64,000 bases of DNA from Candidatus Altiarchaeota archaeon (GTDB taxonomy: Archaea > Altiarchaeota > Altiarchaeia > IMC4 > QMZM01), in assembly GCA_016931955.1 (NCBI GenBank), contig JAFGDV010000035.1, positions 2,852 through 66,851 on the forward strand, in the 5' to 3' direction. Below are positions 55,890 to 64,000 of the stretch, piece after piece. The notes under the pieces are model-generated. The model was not told the origin of the DNA, made no database searches, and saw only the letters and a program-made list of their open reading frames with translations. A program made the position numbers and the translations under genes. The first letter of the stretch is position 1, and each line of letters begins with the position of its first letter.

Positions 55890-56269
55890 ATCTGCTTCAG
55901 GTCGGCGGGTAATTGAGCTTCCACATCTTTTATTTCGCCCTCAGAGACCTGGGACTTGATTGCGTAGAATACTGCCTTAACAGCTTTTTTTGCCTTCTCC
56001 CGGTCGTCAAAGCCGAGTTCCTGCATCACCTTATCTATAAACTCTTCCCTGCTCAGTTTCACCACGTCAACGTCTTTGACTCTGACCCTCTCCCACAGCA
56101 TCTTCAACTCCTTAGGGAGTTGAGAAGCAAGGTCTCCGCCTTCCTTGATCGTCAGCCTCGCGGAGAGCAGATGGAATACTAAGGCTATGAGCTTCTCCGT
56201 CTTGGCTAAGCTGTCCAATCCGGAATAATCTTGAACCCTTCCAGCGAATTCCCTCATTTTCATATTCAA
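55874..56269 (-). CDS. DUF2267-like small helical protein
   Basis: 131 aa, two similar helical halves (LKMLWERV / LKQMWGEA endings). Confidence 0.5.
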   Translation of the reverse strand: MNMKMREFAGRVQDYSGLDSLAKTEKLIALVFHLLSARLTIKEGGDLASQLPKELKMLWERVRVKDVDVVKLSREEFIDKVMQELGFDDREKAKKAVKAVFYAIKSQVSEGEIKDVEAQLPADLKQMWGEA

Positions 56270-56733
56270 CCTCCTTTAAGTTTAAAGAACAGCCAATTGT
56301 TTTCTCCCGGATACCTGGCGGTGGGCTTCAGTTTTATTAGCGCGTATTTGCCCGTTAATTTTTTGCCGTGTATGTTTGCGACAATCTTTTCGTTGCTTCT
56401 TTCCTCTAAGCCAAAGGTTCCGGTATCCCATACCTCCACCTTGCCCGCTCCATACTGTCCCTCTGGGATAATGCCCTCGAATTCTGCGTACTCTATGGGG
56501 TGATCTTCGGTCATCACAGCAAGCCTCTTGGTTTTCTCGTCTTTTGGTGGTTCCTTGGGCAGAGCCCAGCTCTTAAGGACTCCATCAAATTCCAGTCTAA
56601 GATCATAGTGGAGGTGAGTGGCTTTGTGTTTTTGTATGACGTAGATCCTCTTCTCGCCTGATTCCTTCACAGCAGCATCCGGTTCCGGGGTCTTCCTGAA
56701 GTCCCTCTTTTTTTTGTATTCCTCGAGTGGCAT
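56266..56733 (-). CDS. stand-alone LigD-type 3'-phosphoesterase (PE) domain protein
   Basis: FVIQKHKATHLHYDLRLEFDGVLKSWALPKEP... and EGQYGAGKVEVWDTG match the conserved His/Arg/Tyr and beta-barrel motifs I recall for the LigD PE domain; 155 aa. Confidence 0.75.
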   Translation of the reverse strand: MPLEEYKKKRDFRKTPEPDAAVKESGEKRIYVIQKHKATHLHYDLRLEFDGVLKSWALPKEPPKDEKTKRLAVMTEDHPIEYAEFEGIIPEGQYGAGKVEVWDTGTFGLEERSNEKIVANIHGKKLTGKYALIKLKPTARYPGENNWLFFKLKGG

Positions 56734-56737
56734 CTTC

Positions 56738-57376
56738 TTAGCTGAATTTGCCAGCAGAGGGGCATAGTCTGTTTAATCCGCACCTGCCACAGTCTGGCTT
56801 CCTTGCCTTACAGGTTTCTCTGCCGTGCATGATCAATAAGCTGGAGAAATCGATCCAGTTTTCTTTCGGAACAACCTTCATCAGATCCTGTTCGATCTTC
56901 TTCGGATCCTTCTTATCCGAAAGACCCAGGCGGGGCGCAACCCGGCTGACGTGTGTGTCCACTGCAATACCCTCTGCGATGCCGAATCCATGACTTAATA
57001 CGATGTTGGCGGTCTTCCTCGCCACCCCCGGCAGCGTGATCAGTTTATCCATGCTGTTTGGCACCTTCGAACCGAACCTGTCGACGAGCATCTTGCAGCA
57101 GTTTCGGATGTTCTTTGCCTTGTTTTTGTAGAAGCCAGTCGACTTAATATATTGCTCAAGTTCCTTTAAGTCGGAGTTAGCGTAGTCCTCCGCTGTCTTG
57201 TATCTCCTAAATAAGTCCTTTGTGACTATGTTCACCCGCTTGTCGGTGCATTGGGCGGACAGTATGGTAGCTATCAACAGTTCAAGTGGGTTATGGTGAC
57301 CCAAGGCAGTTGTTGTTTTAGGATATTTTTCCCTTAGAACCCCTATGATCTCCAGGACCTTTTCTCGTTCATCCAT
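56738..57376 (-). CDS. nth: endonuclease III (HhH-GPD glycosylase/AP lyase with 4Fe-4S loop)
   Basis: HhH LPGVARKTANIVL, catalytic Lys/Asp context, CKARKPDCGRCGLNRLC cluster loop. Confidence 0.9.
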   Translation of the reverse strand: MDEREKVLEIIGVLREKYPKTTTALGHHNPLELLIATILSAQCTDKRVNIVTKDLFRRYKTAEDYANSDLKELEQYIKSTGFYKNKAKNIRNCCKMLVDRFGSKVPNSMDKLITLPGVARKTANIVLSHGFGIAEGIAVDTHVSRVAPRLGLSDKKDPKKIEQDLMKVVPKENWIDFSSLLIMHGRETCKARKPDCGRCGLNRLCPSAGKFS

Positions 57377-57780
57377 TATTTCTTTTTCGTTACGTGTTTG
57401 ATTGCCGTGAGATCCTTTGGCATCTTCAGCTCATAATGGCGTGCGACTGGGATAACTCTAATGATGTGTTCTTCACTGCACTTTGGGCAGACTACCTTGT
57501 GTTCGATTATGGGGATGGTTGCTTCGTGCTCGAATTCGTGTACGCATTTTCCGCACCTGAACACGAATTTCCTGTAGAAGAGCTTAGGCTCTCTCTCCCC
57601 TGTAAGATGCTCTGGTTCCTTGTGTGTAAGCCCATGCTCCGTGTGCTGTAGGTCCTCTTCGACGAGGGTGGACCGACCCAGCTGCTTTACTAAAACACCC
57701 CCTTTTTTTGCAATTCGTTTATTCCCCAATGTAGCCTTAGCAGTTGTTTTCTTCCCGGATGTTGTGCTTTTTTTTGCCAT
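57376..57780 (-). CDS. Lys-rich N-terminal tail + Cys4 zinc-ribbon protein
   Basis: MAKKSTTSGKKTTAKATLGNKRIAKKGG tail; CGKC...CPKC ribbon; stop overlaps nth start. Confidence 0.45.
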   Translation of the reverse strand: MAKKSTTSGKKTTAKATLGNKRIAKKGGVLVKQLGRSTLVEEDLQHTEHGLTHKEPEHLTGEREPKLFYRKFVFRCGKCVHEFEHEATIPIIEHKVVCPKCSEEHIIRVIPVARHYELKMPKDLTAIKHVTKKK

Positions 57781-57844
57781 TTGACATCTAGATAATTATG
57801 AGAGGGCGAATATATAAAGCCATAACAAAAATAACATAACTAAG

Positions 57845-59347
57845 ATGAAACTGAGGGCGCGACTTTATCCCATCGAAAGCGGCAGGCCTGTTGTGGTCTT
57901 AAACGAGGAAGACGCCAAGGACCTTGGGGTATATGTCACAGGAAGGGTCAGGATATCTCATGAGGAGAGGAGCATCAACGCTATTGTTGATACTACGACG
58001 TCTTTTGTCAAGGAGGGGGAGATTGCGGTATTTGAGGAGGTGAGGGGGATATTGGACGTATGCGAGGACTGTGAGTTAACGGTGGCTGAGACGACAAGAT
58101 TGCATTCGGTTGAGTTCATCAAGAAGAAGATGGATGGATACACATTGAATGAGCATGAGATCCATACCATAATACAGGACGTAGTGGATAACAATCTGAG
58201 CAACATAGAGTTGACGGCTTTCGTTGCTGCTGGATACGTTAAAGGCTATACCATGGATGAGATTGTTGCGTTGACTAAGGCGATGGTGGATACTGGTCAG
58301 ACCATAGACTTCGGCGACGACATAGTGGACAAACACTCCGTTGGCGGAGTAGCAGGTAACCGGACGACTATGTTGGTTGTGCCCATAGCAGCATCGGCTG
58401 GATTGATAATCCCGAAGACGAGTTCTAGGGCGATAACATCCCCTTCTGGGACGGCAGACACCATGGAGGTTCTTGCTCAGGTCGAGTTCGACATAGATGG
58501 TCTGAAGGAGATAGTCAACAAAACAAATGGCTGCATTGTCTGGGGTGGCGCAGTCAACCTAGCGCCTGCAGATGATCGCATAATCCGCGTAGAGTATCCA
58601 TTATCCATTGATGCCGAAGGTCATATGCTTGCAAGCGTCATGGCCAAGAAGAGGTCTGTTGGCTCGGACTACATAATAATAGATATCCCAGTTGGTAGGG
58701 GCACTAAGGTTGTCAGCACTGAGAGAGCCAGCGACATCGCTCACAAATTCATTGAATTGGGGAAGAGGCTGGGTGTTGCAGTGGAGTGTCTTATAACGGA
58801 TGGAAGCTCTCCGATAGGTTCGGGGATTGGTCCTGCATTGGAGGCGAAGGATGTTTTATACGCATTAGACAATCAGGGACCTATTGACTTGATAGATAAG
58901 TCGCTTGACCTTAGTGGGATACTATTGGAGCTGTCAGGTAAGGTGGTTCAGGGCAAGGGCAGAGAAGTTGCCGAAAAAATCCTGCGGTCTGGGAAGGCCA
59001 AGGAGAAGATGAAAGAAATAATAGAGGCTCAGGGAGGAAACCCTGAAGTGAAGCCTGAAGACATTGAGATAGCAAAGAAGAAGATGACTATCATATCTGA
59101 GCATAAGGGCCGAGTGAGATACATAGACAATAAATTGATTTCCGCCATCGCGAGGGCGGCGGGGGCGCCGAGGGTGAAGTCAGCTGGGTTGTATCTCCAC
59201 ACCAGCATAGGGGATAAAATAGACGTCGGCGATCCCCTTTTCACGATATATTCTACATCCAAGGGTAGGTTGAAGGAGGCAAGCGATCTCGCATATAAGC
59301 TGGCTCCCATAAGGGTTGGGAGCATAATATCTGATGTGATAAGATAG
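57845..59347 (+). CDS. AMP phosphorylase (archaeal thymidine-phosphorylase family)
   Basis: 500 aa; N-terminal extension plus the pyrimidine-nucleoside-phosphorylase core (HSVGGVAGNRTT, TSSRAITSPSGTADT, SVMAKK); this length is typical of archaeal AMPpase rather than the shorter bacterial DeoA. Confidence 0.8.
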   Translation: MKLRARLYPIESGRPVVVLNEEDAKDLGVYVTGRVRISHEERSINAIVDTTTSFVKEGEIAVFEEVRGILDVCEDCELTVAETTRLHSVEFIKKKMDGYTLNEHEIHTIIQDVVDNNLSNIELTAFVAAGYVKGYTMDEIVALTKAMVDTGQTIDFGDDIVDKHSVGGVAGNRTTMLVVPIAASAGLIIPKTSSRAITSPSGTADTMEVLAQVEFDIDGLKEIVNKTNGCIVWGGAVNLAPADDRIIRVEYPLSIDAEGHMLASVMAKKRSVGSDYIIIDIPVGRGTKVVSTERASDIAHKFIELGKRLGVAVECLITDGSSPIGSGIGPALEAKDVLYALDNQGPIDLIDKSLDLSGILLELSGKVVQGKGREVAEKILRSGKAKEKMKEIIEAQGGNPEVKPEDIEIAKKKMTIISEHKGRVRYIDNKLISAIARAAGAPRVKSAGLYLHTSIGDKIDVGDPLFTIYSTSKGRLKEASDLAYKLAPIRVGSIISDVIR

Positions 59348-59348
59348 T

Positions 59349-59837
59349 CTAGGCTTCCTCTACGTTGCCCCAGATCCACCCAGAACTGAGGTATTCCTCT
59401 CCGCTTCGGCTGTCAGTGTACTCTATAGAAACGAAGATGTTGTAGTGTCCGCCAGCAGCAATCTGAGGGAATCCTGCAGTAGCAGGTGAAGTCCATACCT
59501 TGGTCTCACCCGCTGCGAAGATGGCGCCTCCAGTAATATGGCTTTCTGGGGATGTGTCGGGACATGTTACGCCTTCAACGGTTGCGTTGATCTGTATGAT
59601 GGTCACGTTCCCGCCGACTTTGTTGCTTATGGGGATCCTTAGCACTCCGTTGTCGGTGTATGAGAAGTCTTCGTAGGGTATGATTCCCCAGAAACCGGAG
59701 GATCCTGGCCTCACCTGGCCGGCTGGGTTGAAGACGCCCATCTGCCATAATAGGAGGGCGATGACGGTTATAATTAGTATAGCCCAGCCATATGTCAGCA
59801 AAAACTCTAGCGCGACCTGGCCTCTACTGTCTTTCAT
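59349..59837 (-). CDS. archaeal type IV pilin-like protein (class III signal peptide)
   Basis: MKDSRGQVALEFLLTYGWAILIITVIALLLW is a prepilin peptidase site (after RG) followed by a hydrophobic helix; beta-rich remainder. Confidence 0.6.
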   Translation of the reverse strand: MKDSRGQVALEFLLTYGWAILIITVIALLLWQMGVFNPAGQVRPGSSGFWGIIPYEDFSYTDNGVLRIPISNKVGGNVTIIQINATVEGVTCPDTSPESHITGGAIFAAGETKVWTSPATAGFPQIAAGGHYNIFVSIEYTDSRSGEEYLSSGWIWGNVEEA

Positions 59838-59861
59838 CGTGTTAATATATTCCCTATTGGT

Positions 59862-60374
59862 TTATATATTCTTTACTGCAGTTGAGACTATCTCTGCTAT
59901 GGACTCAACGTTGAATCTGTTTGAATCTATTACTAGGTCGTAGATGCTCATGTCGTCGATGTTTATCCCATAGACCTCCATGTAACGTTTTCTTTCACTG
60001 TTTTCCCTATCTATCAGATCCTTTTTCGCGTCTTCTTTTGTCTTTTTGTCTCTCTCAGCTATCCTATCTATTCTGATGTCTATGGGTGCTTTAAGCCATA
60101 TCTTGAGATCTGCGTTGAGGAAGTGTCCTGAGAGCCGTCCATCGACGACGCAGTTCCCTTTAACTTTCTCCTTCTGCTGTCTGTCTATTTCGAGGTCGAT
60201 TTCGGAGTCTGATTCAGCGTACTTTGAGAACTCCTCGACTGACATCTTCGTTTTTTCTGCCATATCCCTCATTATCATCCCCGCAGAGATGTGTTTCAGT
60301 TTGAACTTCTTCGCCAGTTCTCTCGCAAGCGTAGTCTTGCCTGAGCCTATTGTTCCGCCGATTGTTATGATCAT
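59862..60374 (-). CDS. cmk: cytidylate kinase (archaeal type)
   Basis: MIITIGGTIGSGKTTLARELAKKF P-loop, 170 aa. Confidence 0.85.
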   Translation of the reverse strand: MIITIGGTIGSGKTTLARELAKKFKLKHISAGMIMRDMAEKTKMSVEEFSKYAESDSEIDLEIDRQQKEKVKGNCVVDGRLSGHFLNADLKIWLKAPIDIRIDRIAERDKKTKEDAKKDLIDRENSERKRYMEVYGINIDDMSIYDLVIDSNRFNVESIAEIVSTAVKNI

Positions 60375-61531
60375 TTGAGTCTCCTGATTCTTTCCAGTGC
60401 TTCTTCAAGCCTTTCTTTTTTCTGCGTTAAGGCGCATCTGACGTATCCTTCGCCGTATTTTCCGAAGCCGACTCCGGGAGTCATCACCACCCCAGTTTTG
60501 TCTAACAGGTCGGAGGCGAATTTTATTGATGACTTGTAGGTTGAGGGTATCCTGAACCAGAGATAGAATGTGGCTGTTGGTTTGTTGATCTCCCACCCAA
60601 GGTCTCGCAGTCCTTGAACCATCAGGTCCCTGCGTTCCTCTAAGACCTTCATGTTTTCTCTGATACTGTCTTGTGGGCCTTCTAAGGCCTCAACGGCGGC
60701 TAACTGCACTGCTTGGAAGGCTCCGGAGTCAACGTTTTCTTTGACCTTTCCCAGTCCAGCCAGGATTTCGGCGTTACCCACTGCGAAGCCTATCCTCCAG
60801 CCGGTCATGTTGTAGGTCTTCGACAGTGAGTGGAATTCGATTCCAACCTCTCTCGAGTTCTTTGCTTCCAGAAAGCTTCTAGTCTTGTAGTCGCCATAGG
60901 TCATCTCCGTGTAGGGTGCGTCGTGGAGTACTATCAGATCATTATCCTGCGCGAAGTCCACAGCCTCCTTGAAGAATTCAAGCTCTGCTGTTGCCGCCGT
61001 TGGATTATTCGGGTAGTTTATAAACAAAAGCCTTGATTTTTTTGCCGTTTCTTTGTCTATGCTCTTAAGGTCTGGCTTGAAATCGTTTTTCTCTAGGAGG
61101 GGTATGTCGACTGGGATGCCGTCTGATAGTATTGTTCCAATTCGGTAGACTGGATAAGCCGGATTTGGCACCAATGCTGTGTCTCCGGGGTCTAGGAAAG
61201 CTAACGGTGTATGTGCTATGCCCTCCTTTGAGCCGATAAGTGTTATGACCTCTGATTCGGGGTTTAAGGAAACGCCAAACCTGTTCTTGCACCATCCTGC
61301 GGCGGCTTTTCTGAAGGACAGCATCCCTGAATAGGATGGGTATCTATGGTTTTGTGGGTCTTCCGCCGCTTCCTGTAGTTTATTTACTATGTTTTTCGGC
61401 GTTGGTATGTCGGGGTCTCCTATGCCAAGGCTTATTACATCAACTCCCGTCTTCTTTTTTCTCTCGACCTCCCTATCGATCTCAGCAAACAGGTAGGGTG
61501 GGATCTTATCTATCCTTGATGCGTACCTCAT
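60371..61531 (-). CDS. class I PLP-dependent aminotransferase (aspartate/LL-DAP aminotransferase-like)
   Basis: PLP-Lys region SLSKTYNMTGWRIGF, NPTG, 386 aa; overlaps cmk and serB. Confidence 0.8.
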   Translation of the reverse strand: MRYASRIDKIPPYLFAEIDREVERKKKTGVDVISLGIGDPDIPTPKNIVNKLQEAAEDPQNHRYPSYSGMLSFRKAAAGWCKNRFGVSLNPESEVITLIGSKEGIAHTPLAFLDPGDTALVPNPAYPVYRIGTILSDGIPVDIPLLEKNDFKPDLKSIDKETAKKSRLLFINYPNNPTAATAELEFFKEAVDFAQDNDLIVLHDAPYTEMTYGDYKTRSFLEAKNSREVGIEFHSLSKTYNMTGWRIGFAVGNAEILAGLGKVKENVDSGAFQAVQLAAVEALEGPQDSIRENMKVLEERRDLMVQGLRDLGWEINKPTATFYLWFRIPSTYKSSIKFASDLLDKTGVVMTPGVGFGKYGEGYVRCALTQKKERLEEALERIRRLK

Positions 61532-62163
61532 TTTCCGTTAAGGTAAGGTAGTATCCTCCTCAAGTCTTTTTCATACACTATTTTGTCTGCGAACTTTATT
61601 ATTTCTGTGTCTTTTGGGTTGAAGGCTATGGAGAAGCCCGCAGCCTGGAACATGGGTATGTCGTTTGAGTAGTCGCCTACGGCTGCGCAGTCCTCTGCAG
61701 TGAGTCCATATCTTTCAGCGATTTCTTCAAGTATCTTGCCTTTGCCTTGGAAGTCCACTATCTGATTGACCCCGCAGACCCTCCCATCCTTTACTTTAAG
61801 CTTGTTCGCGACTGCGTGATCCATCTTGAATTGCTCTTTTATCCTATCAGCTAATATCTGCAGGCCGCCGCTTATTATCACGAGTTTGTAGTTTTTTTTA
61901 AGCTGCGAGAGTGTGTCATTGATGCCATTCATCAGTTTTATGTCATATAGTGCGTCTCTTATTTTTTCGATTTCCACGCCATCCCAGAGTTTGACGTCTT
62001 TTCTCGCCCACTCGTCGAAGGTTATCTTCCCTGAATAGTATTCCTTCGCGTGTTCTCTTGAGCTTTCTAGTGTGCCTAATGCCTTGTGCACCTCCCACCA
62101 GCTGCCTTGTCCATCTACGAGAACGCCGTCGAGGTCGAATGCGATCAGTTTTATTTTTCTCAT
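61528..62163 (-). CDS. serB: phosphoserine phosphatase-like HAD hydrolase
   Basis: Motif I IAFDLDGVLV, motif II ISGG, motif III/IV KG...GDYSNDIPMFQAAG. Confidence 0.7.
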   Translation of the reverse strand: MRKIKLIAFDLDGVLVDGQGSWWEVHKALGTLESSREHAKEYYSGKITFDEWARKDVKLWDGVEIEKIRDALYDIKLMNGINDTLSQLKKNYKLVIISGGLQILADRIKEQFKMDHAVANKLKVKDGRVCGVNQIVDFQGKGKILEEIAERYGLTAEDCAAVGDYSNDIPMFQAAGFSIAFNPKDTEIIKFADKIVYEKDLRRILPYLNGK

Positions 62164-62165
62164 AC

Positions 62166-62891
62166 CTAACCGTACATAGGTGAGTACTCGCTTATCTGCT
62201 TTGTGTCATCTATGCCCTTCTTCATCTGTTCGGAGATATTCTGGAACATCTTTTCGACTTCTTCGCCCTTCTCTATGAGTTTTTTGGTGTTGATCTTCAA
62301 ATCCAACAAACCATTCAGTATCTCCAGCATCGACGCAGATCCTAGGGGGTCTGGGGTGTAGTGGGTCTCCGCCATTAGGCTGGTGACTGGGATGTTGTTG
62401 TCCACGCAGAAGAGGAGGAGGTCGGATGATATTCCTGTGAGCATTCCCTCATCCATGTATTCTACTTTAAGGTTCTTCAGTTTTTTCTTTACCTTCTCGT
62501 CAGTCGTTATGCTGAAGATCTCGTGTTCTTTCTCTGTTGACTTCCCTGAGATCCCCGCCAGGAGTATCACCTCCTGTGGTTTTATCTTGAGGAACCATTT
62601 GTTTATGGCCTGCGTGAACTCGCCTACGTATTGGAAGGGTACGTTTACCTCTGAGAATATGAGGATCATCTTGTCTTTCTTGTAGATTCTTATGGGGTAC
62701 ATTGGAACATGGGTGTGGACTACGGCGATGCTCTGCACTTTGTCGGATTTTATGCTGCCGATGACCTCCATGCCCAGTTCATCTATCATGTATTTTGCAG
62801 CAATCGTCGAAACAAAGCCCTTGCTTGGGAATGCCTCGATAACTATTGGATCCTTGGGTAGTTCCTTCCTGGTTTTTATCTCTGTGGCCAT
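62166..62891 (-). CDS. PAC2-family proteasome assembly chaperone (PbaA/PbaB-like) ending in an HbYX tail
   Basis: 241 aa; alpha/beta ATP-grasp-like PAC2 fold pattern; extreme C-terminus ...SPMYG (hydrophobic-Tyr-X). Confidence 0.65.
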   Translation of the reverse strand: MATEIKTRKELPKDPIVIEAFPSKGFVSTIAAKYMIDELGMEVIGSIKSDKVQSIAVVHTHVPMYPIRIYKKDKMILIFSEVNVPFQYVGEFTQAINKWFLKIKPQEVILLAGISGKSTEKEHEIFSITTDEKVKKKLKNLKVEYMDEGMLTGISSDLLLFCVDNNIPVTSLMAETHYTPDPLGSASMLEILNGLLDLKINTKKLIEKGEEVEKMFQNISEQMKKGIDDTKQISEYSPMYG

Positions 62892-62965
62892 TTTAATCGG
62901 ATTGTATTTTAAAGATATCGTATTGGGGGGTTAAATATATTATCCTTAATGTTATAATTCTTACT

Positions 62966-64000
62966 ATGCGTGTTCTGTTGCTTCACTCAGACTACCTGCG
63001 GTTTGAGGCTAAGAAGAAGGCTATAAAGGATGCTGAAGCGATAGAGAAACAGGATGGCGGAGCAGATAATGTCCTCGTGGTCTTCATAGCTGCAGAGAAA
63101 CCTGACGAGTCAAACCCCGAATCTGTGGCAGAACAGCTCGTTGATGACGTGAAGGAAACAGCCAAGAAGGTTGGTGCGGAGTCAATAGCATTATATCCCT
63201 ACGCTCATCTATCCAGTGACCTCAGCAGCCCGGCCGTCGCCAGGAAGATCCTGGATATGGCTTACGAGAAACTGGTTGACGATTTCAAGACCATCAAAGC
63301 CCCCTTCGGTTGGTATAAGAGCTTTGAGTTGAGGTGTAAGGGCCATCCATTGTCTGAGCTGTCTCGGACGATCCTGCCCGCAGGCGCTGAGAAAAGAGTA
63401 TCTGCTGCATTGGAGAAGGAGGGGAAGTTGAAGTCTTCTTGGTATGTTCTCGATGTGAATGGCATTCTGACGCCTGTAGCAGACTTCGATTTCAAGGGAC
63501 ATGAAAGCCTTAGGAAGTTCTCAGAGTATGAGATGTCCAAGTCTAGGGCGGTTAAGGAGGAGCCGCCGCATGTTAGGTTGATGCGATCTCATGAGTTGGT
63601 GGACTACGAGCCTGGCTCGGATCAGGGGAACCTCAGATGGTATCCAAAAGGCTATCTAATAAAGAGCCTCTTGGAGGAGCACGTATCCAACATGGTCTCC
63701 TCTTATGGGGGTATGCGGGTCGAGACCCCTATAATGTACGCCTACGACCACCCACAGCTTTCGAAGTACCTTAACAGGTTCCCTGCGAGGCAGTATGTCC
63801 TGGAATCTGGGGGCAGGGAGTTCTTCTTAAGGTTTGCAGCCTGCTTCGGCCAATATCTGATGAAGCATGATATGACCATATCCTATAAGAATCTGCCGCT
63901 CAAGCTTTATGAGCTTTCTCACTACAGCTTCAGGTATGAGCAGAGCGGCGAACTCGTCGGCTTAAGGAGGCTTCGTGCCTTTACCATGCCGGACATGCAC
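62966..64000 (+). CDS. thrS: threonyl-tRNA synthetase, archaeal type with N-terminal editing domain (5' partial, runs off the window)
   Basis: MRVLLLHSDYLRFEAK... is the archaeal ThrRS N-terminal editing-domain start; class II core begins (RLRAFTMPDMH motif-2 region) at the window edge; absent from the ORF track because no stop is reached. Confidence 0.85.
   Translation, partial: MRVLLLHSDYLRFEAKKKAIKDAEAIEKQDGGADNVLVVFIAAEKPDESNPESVAEQLVDDVKETAKKVGAESIALYPYAHLSSDLSSPAVARKILDMAYEKLVDDFKTIKAPFGWYKSFELRCKGHPLSELSRTILPAGAEKRVSAALEKEGKLKSSWYVLDVNGILTPVADFDFKGHESLRKFSEYEMSKSRAVKEEPPHVRLMRSHELVDYEPGSDQGNLRWYPKGYLIKSLLEEHVSNMVSSYGGMRVETPIMYAYDHPQLSKYLNRFPARQYVLESGGREFFLRFAACFGQYLMKHDMTISYKNLPLKLYELSHYSFRYEQSGELVGLRRLRAFTMPDMH

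Overview
The window reads as an archaeal chromosomal segment with compact, often overlapping operons. The signatures are archaeal-type ThrRS with an N-terminal editing domain, SepCysS, PdaD, Alba, RpoF/RpoP, L21e/L37ae/L44e/S27e, archease, Pop5 and a class-III-signal pilin. Core informational clusters (L37ae-RpoP-Pcc1-prefoldin beta; L21e-RpoF-DUF655; S27e-L44e-archease; IleRS, AspRS, ThrRS, RFC-S, TopA, RNase Z, a beta-CASP RNase) alternate with accessory-looking surface and membrane genes. One tRNA-Ile(GAU) was found by eye, flanked by a degenerate tRNA 5' fragment and several perfect hairpins. The loci I would look at first are: (1) a translationally coupled nadA / LarE-family PP-loop sulfur insertase / cysteine desulfurase / SepCysS operon; (2) a 1834-aa secreted S8 protease / FG-GAP propeller / Cys-rich / 2x GEVED protein that shares a Thr-linker DNA cassette with its neighbour and with itself; (3) a 767-aa membrane protein built from about 9 tandem 2-TM repeats behind a Zn ribbon; (4) a 5-gene operon coupling endonuclease III to a stand-alone LigD-type 3'-phosphoesterase and a Lys-rich Zn-ribbon protein. 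No CRISPR array, rRNA, transposase or integrase was recognised. All calls come from reading the translated ORFs and the DNA; no database search was run.
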